Of a DNA stretch of 64,000 nt, positions 39,336 to 48,487 are shown piece after piece. The stretch comes from Clostridium sp. CAG:508 (GTDB taxonomy: Bacteria; Bacillota; Clostridia; TANB77; CAG-508). The stretch's first letter is position 1. Each line of letters opens with the position of its first letter. Position numbers and translations under genes: made by a program. Where the stretch lies: assembly GCA_000435755.1 (NCBI GenBank), contig FR889080.1, positions 14,562 through 78,561 on the forward strand, written 5' to 3'. The notes below the pieces were generated by a model. That model searched no databases, was not told the DNA's origin, and saw nothing but the letters and a program-made list of their open reading frames with translations.

Positions 39336-40337
39336 CTACGGAAGGTTCATTTTTCCCATAAAAAAAATTTTTCCTTTTTTTACAAAAATTTTTATATTTT
39401 TATTAGGTGTTAAATATTTATTACCAATATTATTCTCACAAAGTTTAATAATATCTTCTATATGTATTTTTCCAATGCCTTGAACATTGCCATTTGTTTT
39501 ATTAATAGTATATAAAATAATCCTTGATTTTATAACCTTTTCTAGCTTATTGAATTTTTTTAAGTCTAATATAACCTCTTTTTCATTTTCTCCAATTTTT
39601 AATTCTTCATACTCTTTAGCAATAACTTTATCAAAATATTCTTCTTCTTCTCTTGCTATATTTGATAACCTATTTATTCCTTCTAATACATTAGGGTTAA
39701 ATTCCTTTTTTAAGTATGGAATTATTTCATTTCTTATTTTATTTCTATTATATATACTTTCAAAATTTGTTTTATCAATTCTTGGGTCCAAGTTTTGTTC
39801 TTCACAATATTTTTCAATTTCTTGTCTTTCACATTCTCTTATTGGTCTTATATATTCTATATTGGTTTCTTTTCTACTAATTTCAATTCCCTTTAAGCCT
39901 GATATTCCGCTTCCTCTTAGTATATTCATTAAAACCGTTTCAACATTATCATTTAAATTATGTGCTGTTGCAATTTTATTTGCATTTTCTTTTTGAGCTA
40001 CTTCATTAAAAAAATCATAACGAATTTTTCTTCCCATTTCTTCTGTCCCTAGCTTTTGCTCTTTTGCTAATTTTTCCACATCTGCTTTTTTTACATAGCA
40101 TTTTATATTTTTATTTTTGCAATATTCTTTTACATATTCGGTTTCTTCATCTGCTTCTTCTCTTATCATGTGATTTATGTGTGCTACAAATATTTCTATA
40201 CCTAATTTTTCTTTTAAGCAATACAAAGAATCTAGTAGACACATTGAATCAGGTCCACCAGATACTCCTATAACGATTTTATCGCCTTTTTGTATTAAAT
40301 TATATTTGTTAATTGTATTTAATATTTTATTTAACAT
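39336..40337 (-). CDS. tilS: tRNA(Ile)-lysidine synthetase
   Basis: PP-loop IVIGVSGGPDSMCLL. 333 aa. Directly precedes ftsH with no hpt between. Confidence 0.85.
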   Translation of the reverse strand: MLNKILNTINKYNLIQKGDKIVIGVSGGPDSMCLLDSLYCLKEKLGIEIFVAHINHMIREEADEETEYVKEYCKNKNIKCYVKKADVEKLAKEQKLGTEEMGRKIRYDFFNEVAQKENANKIATAHNLNDNVETVLMNILRGSGISGLKGIEISRKETNIEYIRPIRECERQEIEKYCEEQNLDPRIDKTNFESIYNRNKIRNEIIPYLKKEFNPNVLEGINRLSNIAREEEEYFDKVIAKEYEELKIGENEKEVILDLKKFNKLEKVIKSRIILYTINKTNGNVQGIGKIHIEDIIKLCENNIGNKYLTPNKNIKIFVKKGKIFFMGKMNLP

Positions 40338-40339
40338 AC

Positions 40340-41671
40340 TTATTCCCTATACTTATCAAGATTAGCAAATTTTGTGTAATTTCCTAACCATAAAAGTTCA
40401 ACTGTTCCTGTAGAGCCTCCTCTGTGTTTTGCCAATATAACTTCTGCTATATTTTTCTTATCTGTATCTGGATTATAATAATCATCACGATATAAAAACA
40501 TAACTATGTCGGCATCTTGCTCAATAGCTCCAGATTCACGTAAGTCTGAAAGCATTGGTCTATGATCTGGTCTTTGTTCTACAGATCTTGAAAGTTGTGA
40601 TAGTGCTATAACTGGCACATTTATTTCTTTTGCTAATATTTTTAAAGAACGGCTTATTTCAGAAATTTCTTGTTCACGGCTTCCGTTTCTTTTATTGCTT
40701 CCTTGAACTAATTGAATATAGTCAATTACAACCATTCCTATATTTTTTTCTAACTTCAATTTTCTACATTTTGCACGTATTTCCATTACAGAAATACCTG
40801 GTGTATCATCTATAAATATTTGTGCTTGTGATAGATTTCCTGAAGCTTCGGCTAATTTTTGCCAGTCGTCATCTTCTACTTTACCAGTTCTTACTTTATT
40901 ACTATCTACCATTGCTTCACTGCATAGAATACGATTTGTCATTTGCTCTTTTGACATTTCCAAGCTAAATATAGCAACAGGTGTATTATATCTAACTGCT
41001 GCATTTGATGCTAAGTTTAATGCAAATGCTGATTTACCCATAGCAGGTCTAGCAGCTACAATAACTAGATCTGATTTATGAAGTCCTGCAGTTATATAAT
41101 CTAAATCTGCAAATCCTGTAGGTACTCCAGTTATGTGTTGTTTTTGGTTATATAATTGTTCTAACTGAGTAAATGAGTCTACTAGAATGTCTTTAATTGC
41201 AGAATATCCTTTTTGATTTCTATTTTGTATAACATCAAATATTTTTCTTTCAGCTGAGTCTAATATATCTTCTACATCTTGCGTTTGGTCATATCCTAAA
41301 CTAATTAACTCATTTGCTGTTTTTATAAGTGCTCTTAAGGCTGACTTTTCTTCAACAATTTTTATGTATTGTTCTACATTAGCTGTTGTTGGAACTTTAT
41401 CTGGAAGTTGTGCAATATACTCTAATCCACCAACTGCTTCTAATTGTTTCATAGACTGAAGTTCTGTTTTTAAAGTTATAATATCCACAGGGTCTGCACG
41501 ATTATATAAATTTAAAATTGCTTCGTAAATTATTTTATTATCTTCACGATAAAAGTCTTCTGGTTTTAAGGTTTCTACTGCAGACATAATTGCGTCTTTG
41601 TCTGTTAGCATACTTCCTATAACGGCTTGTTCTGCTTCTATATCGTGTGGTGGAATTTTTCCTAGCTCCAT
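40340..41671 (-). CDS. dnaB: Replicative DNA helicase (DnaB family)
   Basis: 443 aa. Walker A ARPAMGKSAFALN. The RecA-like domain and N-terminal domain are typical. Confidence 0.95.
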   Translation of the reverse strand: MELGKIPPHDIEAEQAVIGSMLTDKDAIMSAVETLKPEDFYREDNKIIYEAILNLYNRADPVDIITLKTELQSMKQLEAVGGLEYIAQLPDKVPTTANVEQYIKIVEEKSALRALIKTANELISLGYDQTQDVEDILDSAERKIFDVIQNRNQKGYSAIKDILVDSFTQLEQLYNQKQHITGVPTGFADLDYITAGLHKSDLVIVAARPAMGKSAFALNLASNAAVRYNTPVAIFSLEMSKEQMTNRILCSEAMVDSNKVRTGKVEDDDWQKLAEASGNLSQAQIFIDDTPGISVMEIRAKCRKLKLEKNIGMVVIDYIQLVQGSNKRNGSREQEISEISRSLKILAKEINVPVIALSQLSRSVEQRPDHRPMLSDLRESGAIEQDADIVMFLYRDDYYNPDTDKKNIAEVILAKHRGGSTGTVELLWLGNYTKFANLDKYRE

Positions 41672-41832
41672 TTTCTGCTTCCTTCCTTCTTTCCTTTTAA
41701 TTCATCTCAATTTTGAAGAGAATTAGTATATTGCGCGAAAGAATTTATTTGAAAGGCAAGGGCGCATACGTTTGTATGTAACCGCGTTTCAAATGAATTC
41801 TGACAAAGCAAGATGCTGATTATCTTCAAAAT

Positions 41833-42273
41833 TTATAATACTTGGACTTTCAAAGAGCCTACCACGCCTTCAAAAAGTTTAATACTCACTGTAGTTACTC
41901 CCAATACTTTAATAGGTTCTTTTAAGTCTATTTTCTTTTTGTCAATTTCTATTTTATATTGTTCTTTTAAGTTTTCTGCAATTTCTTTTGCAGTAATTGA
42001 ACCAAATATTTTTTGATTTTCTCCTGATTTTACAGATATTTTTAAAGTGATGTTTTTCAACTTTTCAGCAATTTTTTCTGCTTTTTCCTTTTCTACTGAC
42101 TTTTTATATTGGTTTGAATCTTGTTTTGCTTTTAATTTACTCATATTTTCTGCATTTGCTTCGACACCCATTTTTTTAGGTAATAAGAAATTTCTTGCAT
42201 ATCCATCACTTGCATTTATTACTTCATCTTTTTTACCTACACCTTTTATATCTTGTAATAAAATTATCTTCAT
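41833..42273 (-). CDS. rplI: 50S ribosomal protein L9
   Basis: MKIILLQDIKGVGKKDEVINASDGYARNFL. 146 aa. Confidence 0.95.
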   Translation of the reverse strand: MKIILLQDIKGVGKKDEVINASDGYARNFLLPKKMGVEANAENMSKLKAKQDSNQYKKSVEKEKAEKIAEKLKNITLKISVKSGENQKIFGSITAKEIAENLKEQYKIEIDKKKIDLKEPIKVLGVTTVSIKLFEGVVGSLKVQVL

Positions 42274-42287
42274 TTAGCTCTCTCCTT

Positions 42288-44288
42288 TCAGTTTTGTTGT
42301 TCTTCAAAATACTCATTGATTTTTTCAATAAGAAGATTTTTAACCTCTCCTATACTTAGTCCCTCAACTTGTGCGCCAGCCAAAGTTATATGTCCTCCAC
42401 CACCAAGTTTTTCTAGAATAATCTGCACATTTATGTCTCCAATTGAACGTCCACTAATACAAACTTTATCTCCCAATTTTCCTATAACAAATGATGCAGT
42501 TATATCACTAATTGTTAATAATTCGTCTGCTGCTTTTGCACAAATTACATTTGCATCCTTATCATTCTCATCATAAATTGAAATTCCTATTGTATCATTT
42601 ATTATTTCTGCATTATCAATTATTTTAGAAATTTTAGTATACGTTTTCAAATCACTTTGGAACCATTTTTTAACTCTTATAATGTCTATACCACATTTTC
42701 TTAAATATGCAGCTGCTTCAAAGGTTCTAACACCTGTTTTAAAAGTAAAGTTTTTAGTGTCCATCATAATTCCCGCATATAGTGCCTCAGCTTCTATAGT
42801 TGTTAACTCTATCTCTTTTGGTGCATATTCTAATATTTCTGTTACAAGTTCACAAGCTGATGAAGCATATACTTCATGAAAAGTAAGAATTGCTTCTTCA
42901 ATGAAATCTGGACTTTTTCTATGATGGTCTATTATAGCTATTTTACCTGTTTCCTCTAACAATTCTGGAACTTCAACATAGCTTCTTTTATGTGTATCAA
43001 CTATTATTAGTAATGTTTCTGCAGATATTTTTGATAAAGCTTCTGCTTTATTTATAATTACTTCTTGGTATTCCTTTTCTTCTTTAGCTGCTTCCATAAA
43101 ATTTTCTAAGCTAATTCCTGTAGAATTATTTACTATATATGCTTCAACATTTAGGCTTTTTGCTAAACGATATAGTCCCATACTTGCTCCCATAGAGTCT
43201 ATGTCTCCATTAGTATGTCCCATAATCATAACATTTTTAGCTTCTTGCATTAGTTCTTGTAAAGCATGTGATACAATTCTTGCTTTTACTTTTGTTCTTT
43301 TTTCAAGTTCTTGAGTTCTACCACCAAAAAATTGATATTTTCCATTTTCTCTTACTACAGTTTGGTCTCCACCTCTACCCAGAGCAATGTCTAAACCAGC
43401 TTGTGCTGATTTATATTTTTCATAATTTGATTGTCCTTCTGTTGATACTGATATACTCAAAGTTATTTGTATTTTGTCTGATAATTCCAATTCTTTAATT
43501 GTATCGAGAATATTAAATTTCTTTTCTTCTAGTTCTGCTAAATATCTTTGTTCAAATATACATACAAAAGTATCTCTTTCTGCTTTAACTACTAAACCTT
43601 GAAACTCTGATGCCCAATCATATATTGTTTTTTCTATTTGTGCTGTTAATAATGGCTTGTCTTCATCACTAATTCTTTGATTTACTTCTTCAAAGTTGTC
43701 TATCATAATAAGACCAACACAAATTTGAGAATTATGATATTCTTTTTCTAGTTCAACACATTTTGTTTCGTCTATAAAGTAAATAGTACAAATATATTCT
43801 TCTTTAGACTTTGTATATCTTCCAAGTATTTCATATATTTTGTTTCCTATTTCTAGTTCTTTATGAATGCTTTGCTCTGTACTTTCTTCATTATTCTCAA
43901 TTTCTAATTTTATTTGTTTTAGCAAGTCTCCTAAAATATTATTTATATCAATATTTGCAAATTCTTGTGTAAATTTATTGCTTTTCCAAATCATATTGCC
44001 ATTTGTTTCTGCTATAACCAATGGAAATGGTGAATTTACCATTGTATTTTTAGCAAGTTTGTCTATATTAAATGTTAAATCTTGCAAATGGTCTGAAAGT
44101 TCTATCCTTCTTTTTTGGTTACTCCAATACGTATATGCTAAAATTAGTATATATAAAACAACTGAAGGGGTAAAATAGCGTAAATCCAGAATACAAATTA
44201 CAGCTAAAAGTATTGCAATTAGAACTAAATATATTTTAGTTCTTGATATCAACCCTTCAAATATTTTTTTGCTATTATTATTTTTCAT
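42288..44288 (-). CDS. gdpP: Cyclic-di-AMP phosphodiesterase GdpP (TM, PAS, degenerate GGDEF, DHH-DHHA1)
   Basis: Two N-terminal TM helices. DHH motifs (IMGHTNGDIDSMG; DHHR). 666 aa. Conserved yybT-rplI-dnaB synteny. Confidence 0.85.
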   Translation of the reverse strand: MKNNNSKKIFEGLISRTKIYLVLIAILLAVICILDLRYFTPSVVLYILILAYTYWSNQKRRIELSDHLQDLTFNIDKLAKNTMVNSPFPLVIAETNGNMIWKSNKFTQEFANIDINNILGDLLKQIKLEIENNEESTEQSIHKELEIGNKIYEILGRYTKSKEEYICTIYFIDETKCVELEKEYHNSQICVGLIMIDNFEEVNQRISDEDKPLLTAQIEKTIYDWASEFQGLVVKAERDTFVCIFEQRYLAELEEKKFNILDTIKELELSDKIQITLSISVSTEGQSNYEKYKSAQAGLDIALGRGGDQTVVRENGKYQFFGGRTQELEKRTKVKARIVSHALQELMQEAKNVMIMGHTNGDIDSMGASMGLYRLAKSLNVEAYIVNNSTGISLENFMEAAKEEKEYQEVIINKAEALSKISAETLLIIVDTHKRSYVEVPELLEETGKIAIIDHHRKSPDFIEEAILTFHEVYASSACELVTEILEYAPKEIELTTIEAEALYAGIMMDTKNFTFKTGVRTFEAAAYLRKCGIDIIRVKKWFQSDLKTYTKISKIIDNAEIINDTIGISIYDENDKDANVICAKAADELLTISDITASFVIGKLGDKVCISGRSIGDINVQIILEKLGGGGHITLAGAQVEGLSIGEVKNLLIEKINEYFEEQQN

Positions 44289-44315
44289 AAAACAAGCTCC
44301 TTTTTTACGTATACT

Positions 44316-44344
44316 ATTGTACTATTTTTCTCCACTTTTGTCAA
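44316..44344 (-). promoter_or_regulatory. Sigma-A promoter of gdpP
   Basis: Minus strand reads TTGACA, 17 bp, TACAAT; about 25 nt upstream of the gdpP start. Confidence 0.55.
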
Positions 44345-44365
44345 TTTTATTAGCCAAAAAGCAAA

Positions 44366-44394
44366 TAAAAAAGGATGCTCGAAATTCGAGCATC
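44366..44394. terminator. Terminator ending the ECF sigma / anti-sigma / secreted-protein operon
   Basis: ggatgctcgaaattcgagcatcc, 9 bp stem with A and T runs. Confidence 0.65.
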
Positions 44395-44457
44395 CCCAGT
44401 AGATAGAAATGTCATAATGTTAAACTAATATTTTATAGTGCTTTGGAAATCAGTGTC

Positions 44458-44901
44458 TCAAATCTTTTCTGTTTGAGTAATGCCACCAGCAATATAAGTA
44501 ACATCACCTGTAGGAACAATTGTTATCACATAGGATCTTCCATTACAAGAAGTAACAACCTTTTCTCTAATTTTTTCTCCCACACCCAAGGTAACTTGCT
44601 TTACTTGGTTTGTAAACCCAAGTAAAGTTTTTTCATACACAGTAATAGTGCATCCAGATCCCTGTGTAGGAGCAAGAATCAGTCAAAGTCCCCATCCCTT
44701 ATTGGGAGTAACCGTAACGGTTTTTTGAATATAAATTCTTTCGTTTTCAAACATTGCCAGATTCCGGTCATCGGTACTGTAGGTACTGGCAACGTCAGTC
44801 ACACTCTCCAGGGGCATGGTGTTTTCGGCGGCATAGACAGATACTACTGTCATGGATAACATCATGACAATTGCGAGAATCAAAGATGTAATTTTCTTCA
44901 T
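44458..44901 (-). pseudogene. Secreted small protein with signal peptide, interrupted by an in-frame TGA (the two ORFs 44683-44931 and 44458-44640 share one frame)
   Basis: Start at MKKITSLIL with RBS AAGGAGG. Signal peptidase site VYA|AEN. Frame runs ...PNKGWGL-TGA-LILAPTQGSG...VYEKTLLG. Local GC is clearly elevated over 44640-44900. Confidence 0.5.
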
Positions 44902-45050
44902 TAGTTTTTCCTCCTTAATAGTCGTTGACATTTCTACCTACTATTAACACTGCTCAAGCATGCACAGTATTAACCACAAAATTAATATTTACTTTATATC
45001 ACATTGTTTAAGCTTCGTCAATATTTTTTACATTTTTTTGAAAAAATGTA

Positions 45051-45899
45051 TTATTTTTCCATATAATCTGTAGTTTCTGGCCTAATAATGTCACTATCCT
45101 GTACAGTATCAAACTCTCTAAAGTATTCAAATGTTGTTGTTTGTTCTTCTGGTAAGCTACTCACCATTCTAATTATATTACCTGTGTTAGCTTCAACAAC
45201 GATTTCTTGTCCAAAGTCTTGTATTAAATAACAGTCCCTTTTTTCATAATTGATTTTTTTCACTTTTGAATAAATAGCACTATATAATGAATTTATTTTT
45301 AATTCTGATAGGTCTTGCCATTCTAAATTCTGAATATCTTCAGATCCTTTCACTTTTTCTTTATTTATTCCATCACTTATTAGTGAAAAGTTCTCCGTAT
45401 TTGAATTATAATGTGTTTTATTTGATATCTTTATTTTGTTTCCATCTTTAATATATGAGTTTTCATATTGTATAGCTTTATTTCCTTTTCTATATTGCTC
45501 TATATAATATACACTGTTTTGTCTGCTTGCAGTTAATATTGCATGATAGTTATCTTTTGTTTCAATATTTATTGTTTGAGATTTATTGTATAAATCATTT
45601 AGTATAATATATTTTCTAATTGTATTTACTACAAATGCCAATACAATAATTAACAATATTAGGCCTAAAAATTTTAATATCTTTAATTTATTTCTATATT
45701 TTTTCATATATTTAGTTTCTTTTTGGCATTGTTCCTTTGATTTTAATCCTATATCATATTGCATATCTTCTAATATTCTTTTGCATTCTGGACATTCCTT
45801 TAAGTGTGTTTCTATAATCTTATTGCTTTCTTTACTAGTCAATTTTTCTATATAATTTGGTAATAAGTCTTGAACTAATTTACATTCTTTTTCTTTCAT
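45051..45899 (-). CDS. Anti-sigma factor (zf-HC2 type) with TM segment and extracytoplasmic domain
   Basis: HLKECPEC HxxxCxxC motif near the N-terminus. TM LKFLGLILLIIVLAFVV. Overlaps the sigma gene. Confidence 0.7.
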   Translation of the reverse strand: MKEKECKLVQDLLPNYIEKLTSKESNKIIETHLKECPECKRILEDMQYDIGLKSKEQCQKETKYMKKYRNKLKILKFLGLILLIIVLAFVVNTIRKYIILNDLYNKSQTINIETKDNYHAILTASRQNSVYYIEQYRKGNKAIQYENSYIKDGNKIKISNKTHYNSNTENFSLISDGINKEKVKGSEDIQNLEWQDLSELKINSLYSAIYSKVKKINYEKRDCYLIQDFGQEIVVEANTGNIIRMVSSLPEEQTTTFEYFREFDTVQDSDIIRPETTDYMEK

Positions 45900-46380
45900 G
45901 CAACTTTACCTCCTTTAATTTTTGTTTTCCTCTGTAAAAGGTTATTCTTGCCCAGTTTTCTGTTTTATTAAATATGTCTCCTATTTCTTTAAAATTTAAA
46001 TCCCCCGTTATTCTTAGGTATATTACATCTCTCGTTTTTTCATCTAGCTTTTGAATTTTTTTATACAATTCTAGTTTGCCTTGATTAGAAATTACCGTTT
46101 CATCTGTTGTTTCCAGAGATTCTATTTCAAATAATTCATTATCCGCCATATCTTTAATATTCTTGTTTTTCTTTATGCTATCTAGCCAAGTATTTTTTGC
46201 TATCTTACATAACCATACAGAAATTTTACAGTCATCTTTAAAAGTATGTATATTTTTTACTGCTTTGTAAAAAGTTTCTTGAGTTAATTCTTCAGCAATA
46301 TCATTATTATGGGTTAAACAGAATAAATATTTTTTTACTGTTTCAAAATATTCTTTATATATTTCTTCCATATTCTGCAT
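45880..46380 (-). CDS. ECF-type RNA polymerase sigma-70 factor
   Basis: Region 2 (ELTQETFYKAVKNIHTF) and region 4 (DLNFKEIGDIFNKTENWARITFYRGKQKL). 166 aa. Confidence 0.8.
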   Translation of the reverse strand: MQNMEEIYKEYFETVKKYLFCLTHNNDIAEELTQETFYKAVKNIHTFKDDCKISVWLCKIAKNTWLDSIKKNKNIKDMADNELFEIESLETTDETVISNQGKLELYKKIQKLDEKTRDVIYLRITGDLNFKEIGDIFNKTENWARITFYRGKQKLKEVKLHERKRM

Positions 46381-46403
46381 ATTTTTACCCCCTTTACTTA
46401 AAT

Positions 46404-46429
46404 GACGATTTAAAATCCATTTCGTTACA
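46404..46429 (-). promoter_or_regulatory. ECF-type autoregulatory promoter (TGTAAC, 16 bp spacer, CGTC) upstream of the sigma gene
   Basis: Minus strand reads tgtaac gaaatggattttaaat cgtc a, 24 nt before the ATG, with RBS AAGGGGG. Matches the AAC...CGTC type of ECF promoters (sigma-W/X/M-like). Confidence 0.55.
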
Positions 46430-46664
46430 AATTTTATTATAATTTGTTTAATTTTTCAATTTTTTTATTGACAATTTTTATCTCAGGATAAGTACAATAA
46501 ATATATGGTGTTTCACTTTCTATTTTTTCAAAACAGTTCAATTGCAGTTAACTATGTCATTAGATATACTGAGAAACCTGCTATGTCTCAATCTCATATT
46601 TAAATTATGATGGTGAATATGTTACTTTTTATTATCAAAAGCATGTTTGAGAAATTTCCTATAA

Positions 46665-46700
46665 CATAAAATAGGAGAGCTTATTAAGCCCTCCTATTTA
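46665..46700 (-). terminator. Hairpin terminator after the DUF3006 gene
   Basis: aataggagagcttattaagccctcctatt imperfect stem. Confidence 0.5.
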
Positions 46701-46702
46701 TA

Positions 46703-46969
46703 TTATCCCATAATTGCCTTTAACGCTTCAATTCTTCTTCGCTTTTCCTCATTGTCTTTGCCATAAATCCTATACAGGGTTTCCTTTTCATGTTCTACCA
46801 TGAATACGTCTCCTTGTTCAGGGTCTTTCAACATAGCTGTAGGCACATCTATCATTTCTGTGTCTCTTTCCCAGTAGTCTACTTCTGCGCTCTGTTCAGT
46901 CGAGATAAATTCTAATTCGCAAATTGCGAATTTTCCCTCTATCCGGTCAATTGTCATATAGCTTTTCAT
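46703..46969 (-). CDS. DUF3006-family small protein
   Basis: 88 aa. Overlaps the upstream MBL gene by 4 nt. This pairing with ComEC-like MBL hydrolases is common. Confidence 0.55.
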   Translation of the reverse strand: MKSYMTIDRIEGKFAICELEFISTEQSAEVDYWERDTEMIDVPTAMLKDPEQGDVFMVEHEKETLYRIYGKDNEEKRRRIEALKAIMG

Positions 46970-47931
46970 GATGCTTTTTTTACCTCCTCAAGCTCAGGCC
47001 CACTTAAGTAGTCACCAATTTTAGAATTAAAAGTCACATTCTTTGCCGTTATAGTTGCTATAACGGTTCCACATTCATCTGTCCGATAAACTTCTACCTC
47101 CCGTTGTTGTAATTTTTCCATTGTGCTTTTGGTTGGATGTTCATATTTGTTTCCAACTTTACAAGATATGAGTCCATAATCTGGATCAACTTGATTCAAA
47201 AATTCCTCACTGGTTGAAGTATCACTTCCATGATGACCAACTTTAAGAATTTCTGCATCAATTTCTGCTTCAGACCGTAGAACTTCTTCCTCAATTTCGG
47301 TTTCTGCATCTCCAGTCATCAAAACATCCATATCTCCAAAAGAGATTTTTATGATGTTTGAATAATTGTTGACATTATTCTGTGTTCCTTCGCTTTGCCA
47401 AAGTATTTCCATAGTAGCATCGCCCAATTGGTATTCATTGCCTGTTTTGGAATACTCTACTGTGTAATTACCATCCGCTATTTCTTTCATTAATTTTATA
47501 TACCAGTTGGTAGTTACTTGCCCAGCTTCTACCTTTGGCAAGATAATATTGCCAATTTCAAAATTTGTTATGATATCATACATACCACCCATGTGGTCGT
47601 CATGAGGATGAGTTCCAAATACATAGTCAAGTTTAGTTATACCTAAACCTTTTATGTATTTAACTGCTTCTTTTCCTGTAGTTCTTGTCCCACAATCAAC
47701 CAGAGCCGCTTTATCTCCTTGGATAAATAAAAAGCAGTCTGCCTGCCCTACATCTATCATGTGAAGCTTTAATTCTCCACTAAGATTGACTTCTGTATAA
47801 TCATTTGGTATTTTTGGGTTTTCCAGTTCTTTTTGGTGCTGTTGTTCAACTATTACGGCTATTATGAGAATAATAAAGACTAATAATGTAATGTTTAGTC
47901 TTCTTTTCCGGCCGTTTTTGGCATTTGCCAT
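46966..47931 (-). CDS. MBL-fold metallo-hydrolase (ComEC C-terminal-like) with N-terminal membrane anchor
   Basis: HPHDDHMGG (HxHxDH) and downstream His/Asp ligands. Signal-anchor LNITLLVFIILIIAVIV. GC is noticeably above the genome background. Confidence 0.75.
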   Translation of the reverse strand: MANAKNGRKRRLNITLLVFIILIIAVIVEQQHQKELENPKIPNDYTEVNLSGELKLHMIDVGQADCFLFIQGDKAALVDCGTRTTGKEAVKYIKGLGITKLDYVFGTHPHDDHMGGMYDIITNFEIGNIILPKVEAGQVTTNWYIKLMKEIADGNYTVEYSKTGNEYQLGDATMEILWQSEGTQNNVNNYSNIIKISFGDMDVLMTGDAETEIEEEVLRSEAEIDAEILKVGHHGSDTSTSEEFLNQVDPDYGLISCKVGNKYEHPTKSTMEKLQQREVEVYRTDECGTVIATITAKNVTFNSKIGDYLSGPELEEVKKAS

Positions 47932-48040
47932 ATACGATTCCTCCTTAAAATTTTAGTTCCTATATTATATCACATTATCTATGATTGTACCAGTATATTT
48001 ATTGATTTTATGAATTTCTAGCCTTTTGTCAGCACATCGC

Positions 48041-48069
48041 TTTACATATTATGTAAATTGTGGTATAAT
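48041..48069 (+). promoter_or_regulatory. Near-consensus sigma-A promoter (TTTACA, 17 bp spacer, TGgTATAAT) driving the GC-rich locus
   Basis: Direct reading. Confidence 0.55.
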
Positions 48070-48114
48070 AATAGTATGCTCTTATGAGTAAATTAAAAAA
48101 AGGTGGTTTAAACA

Positions 48115-48444
48115 TTGAACTGTATTAACCTCGTCAAGCAGCGGCTCTTGACAGTCCAAACTCCGGAAATGACACGAGCTACACAAGCTTTCTTAAGCTC
48201 TATGAGCAAGTATCATGTTTCGCTTGGTCCTTGGAGTGTCGGAATCGACAAAGAATCCTCGGACATTCTGTTCTCTGTCCCTGCGGACAGTCTCAAATTT
48301 GTCTCTGGAAACTTCTTGAAGTCTCTCAGATGCTCATGGATTGAATCCGGATTCACCATTGTTGAGGAAGCTGAAGTTGTTGGATATAAGGTCAATAATT
48401 CTATTGCCTATTCTCACATCTTTAGATTATCCCCCGCAGCATAA
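48115..48444 (+). other. GC-rich (about 45%) 330 bp transcribed unit: either a TTG-initiated 109-aa orphan ORF or a structured ncRNA
   Basis: Promoter, RBS-like AGGTGG, ORF open across the whole GC-rich patch. An 8 bp stem (gtggttta/taaaccac) closes the 5' and 3' ends. The rpoC bidirectional terminator follows. Confidence 0.35.
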
Positions 48445-48457
48445 ACCACAAAAAACA

Positions 48458-48487
48458 AACCGTTGAAATCAACGGTTTGTTTTATTT
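48458..48487. terminator. Bidirectional terminator shared by rpoC and the GC-rich locus
   Basis: aaacaaaccgttgaaatcaacggtttgtttt, 11 bp stem with T runs on both strands. Confidence 0.75.

Noticed and set aside
44683-44685. In-frame TGA as evidence of an alternative genetic code (UGA=Trp/Gly) or selenocysteine
   Set aside because: Long core genes (rpoB, rpoC, ftsH) are intact under the standard code and use TGG for Trp. No selenoprotein context (Cys-rich redox motif, SECIS, selB/selA) is visible. A nonsense mutation in foreign DNA is the simpler reading.
48100-48450. tmRNA or RNase P RNA assignment for the GC-rich locus
   Set aside because: I found no GGGG...UUCGAC 5' tRNA-like domain, no T-arm adjacent to a 3' ACCA, no GGAAAGUCC (P4) or other RNase P type B signatures, and no ...ALAA tag-like reading frame. 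A ggattgaatcc T-arm-like motif is present but 100 nt from the 3' end. I cannot exclude other RNA classes without Rfam.
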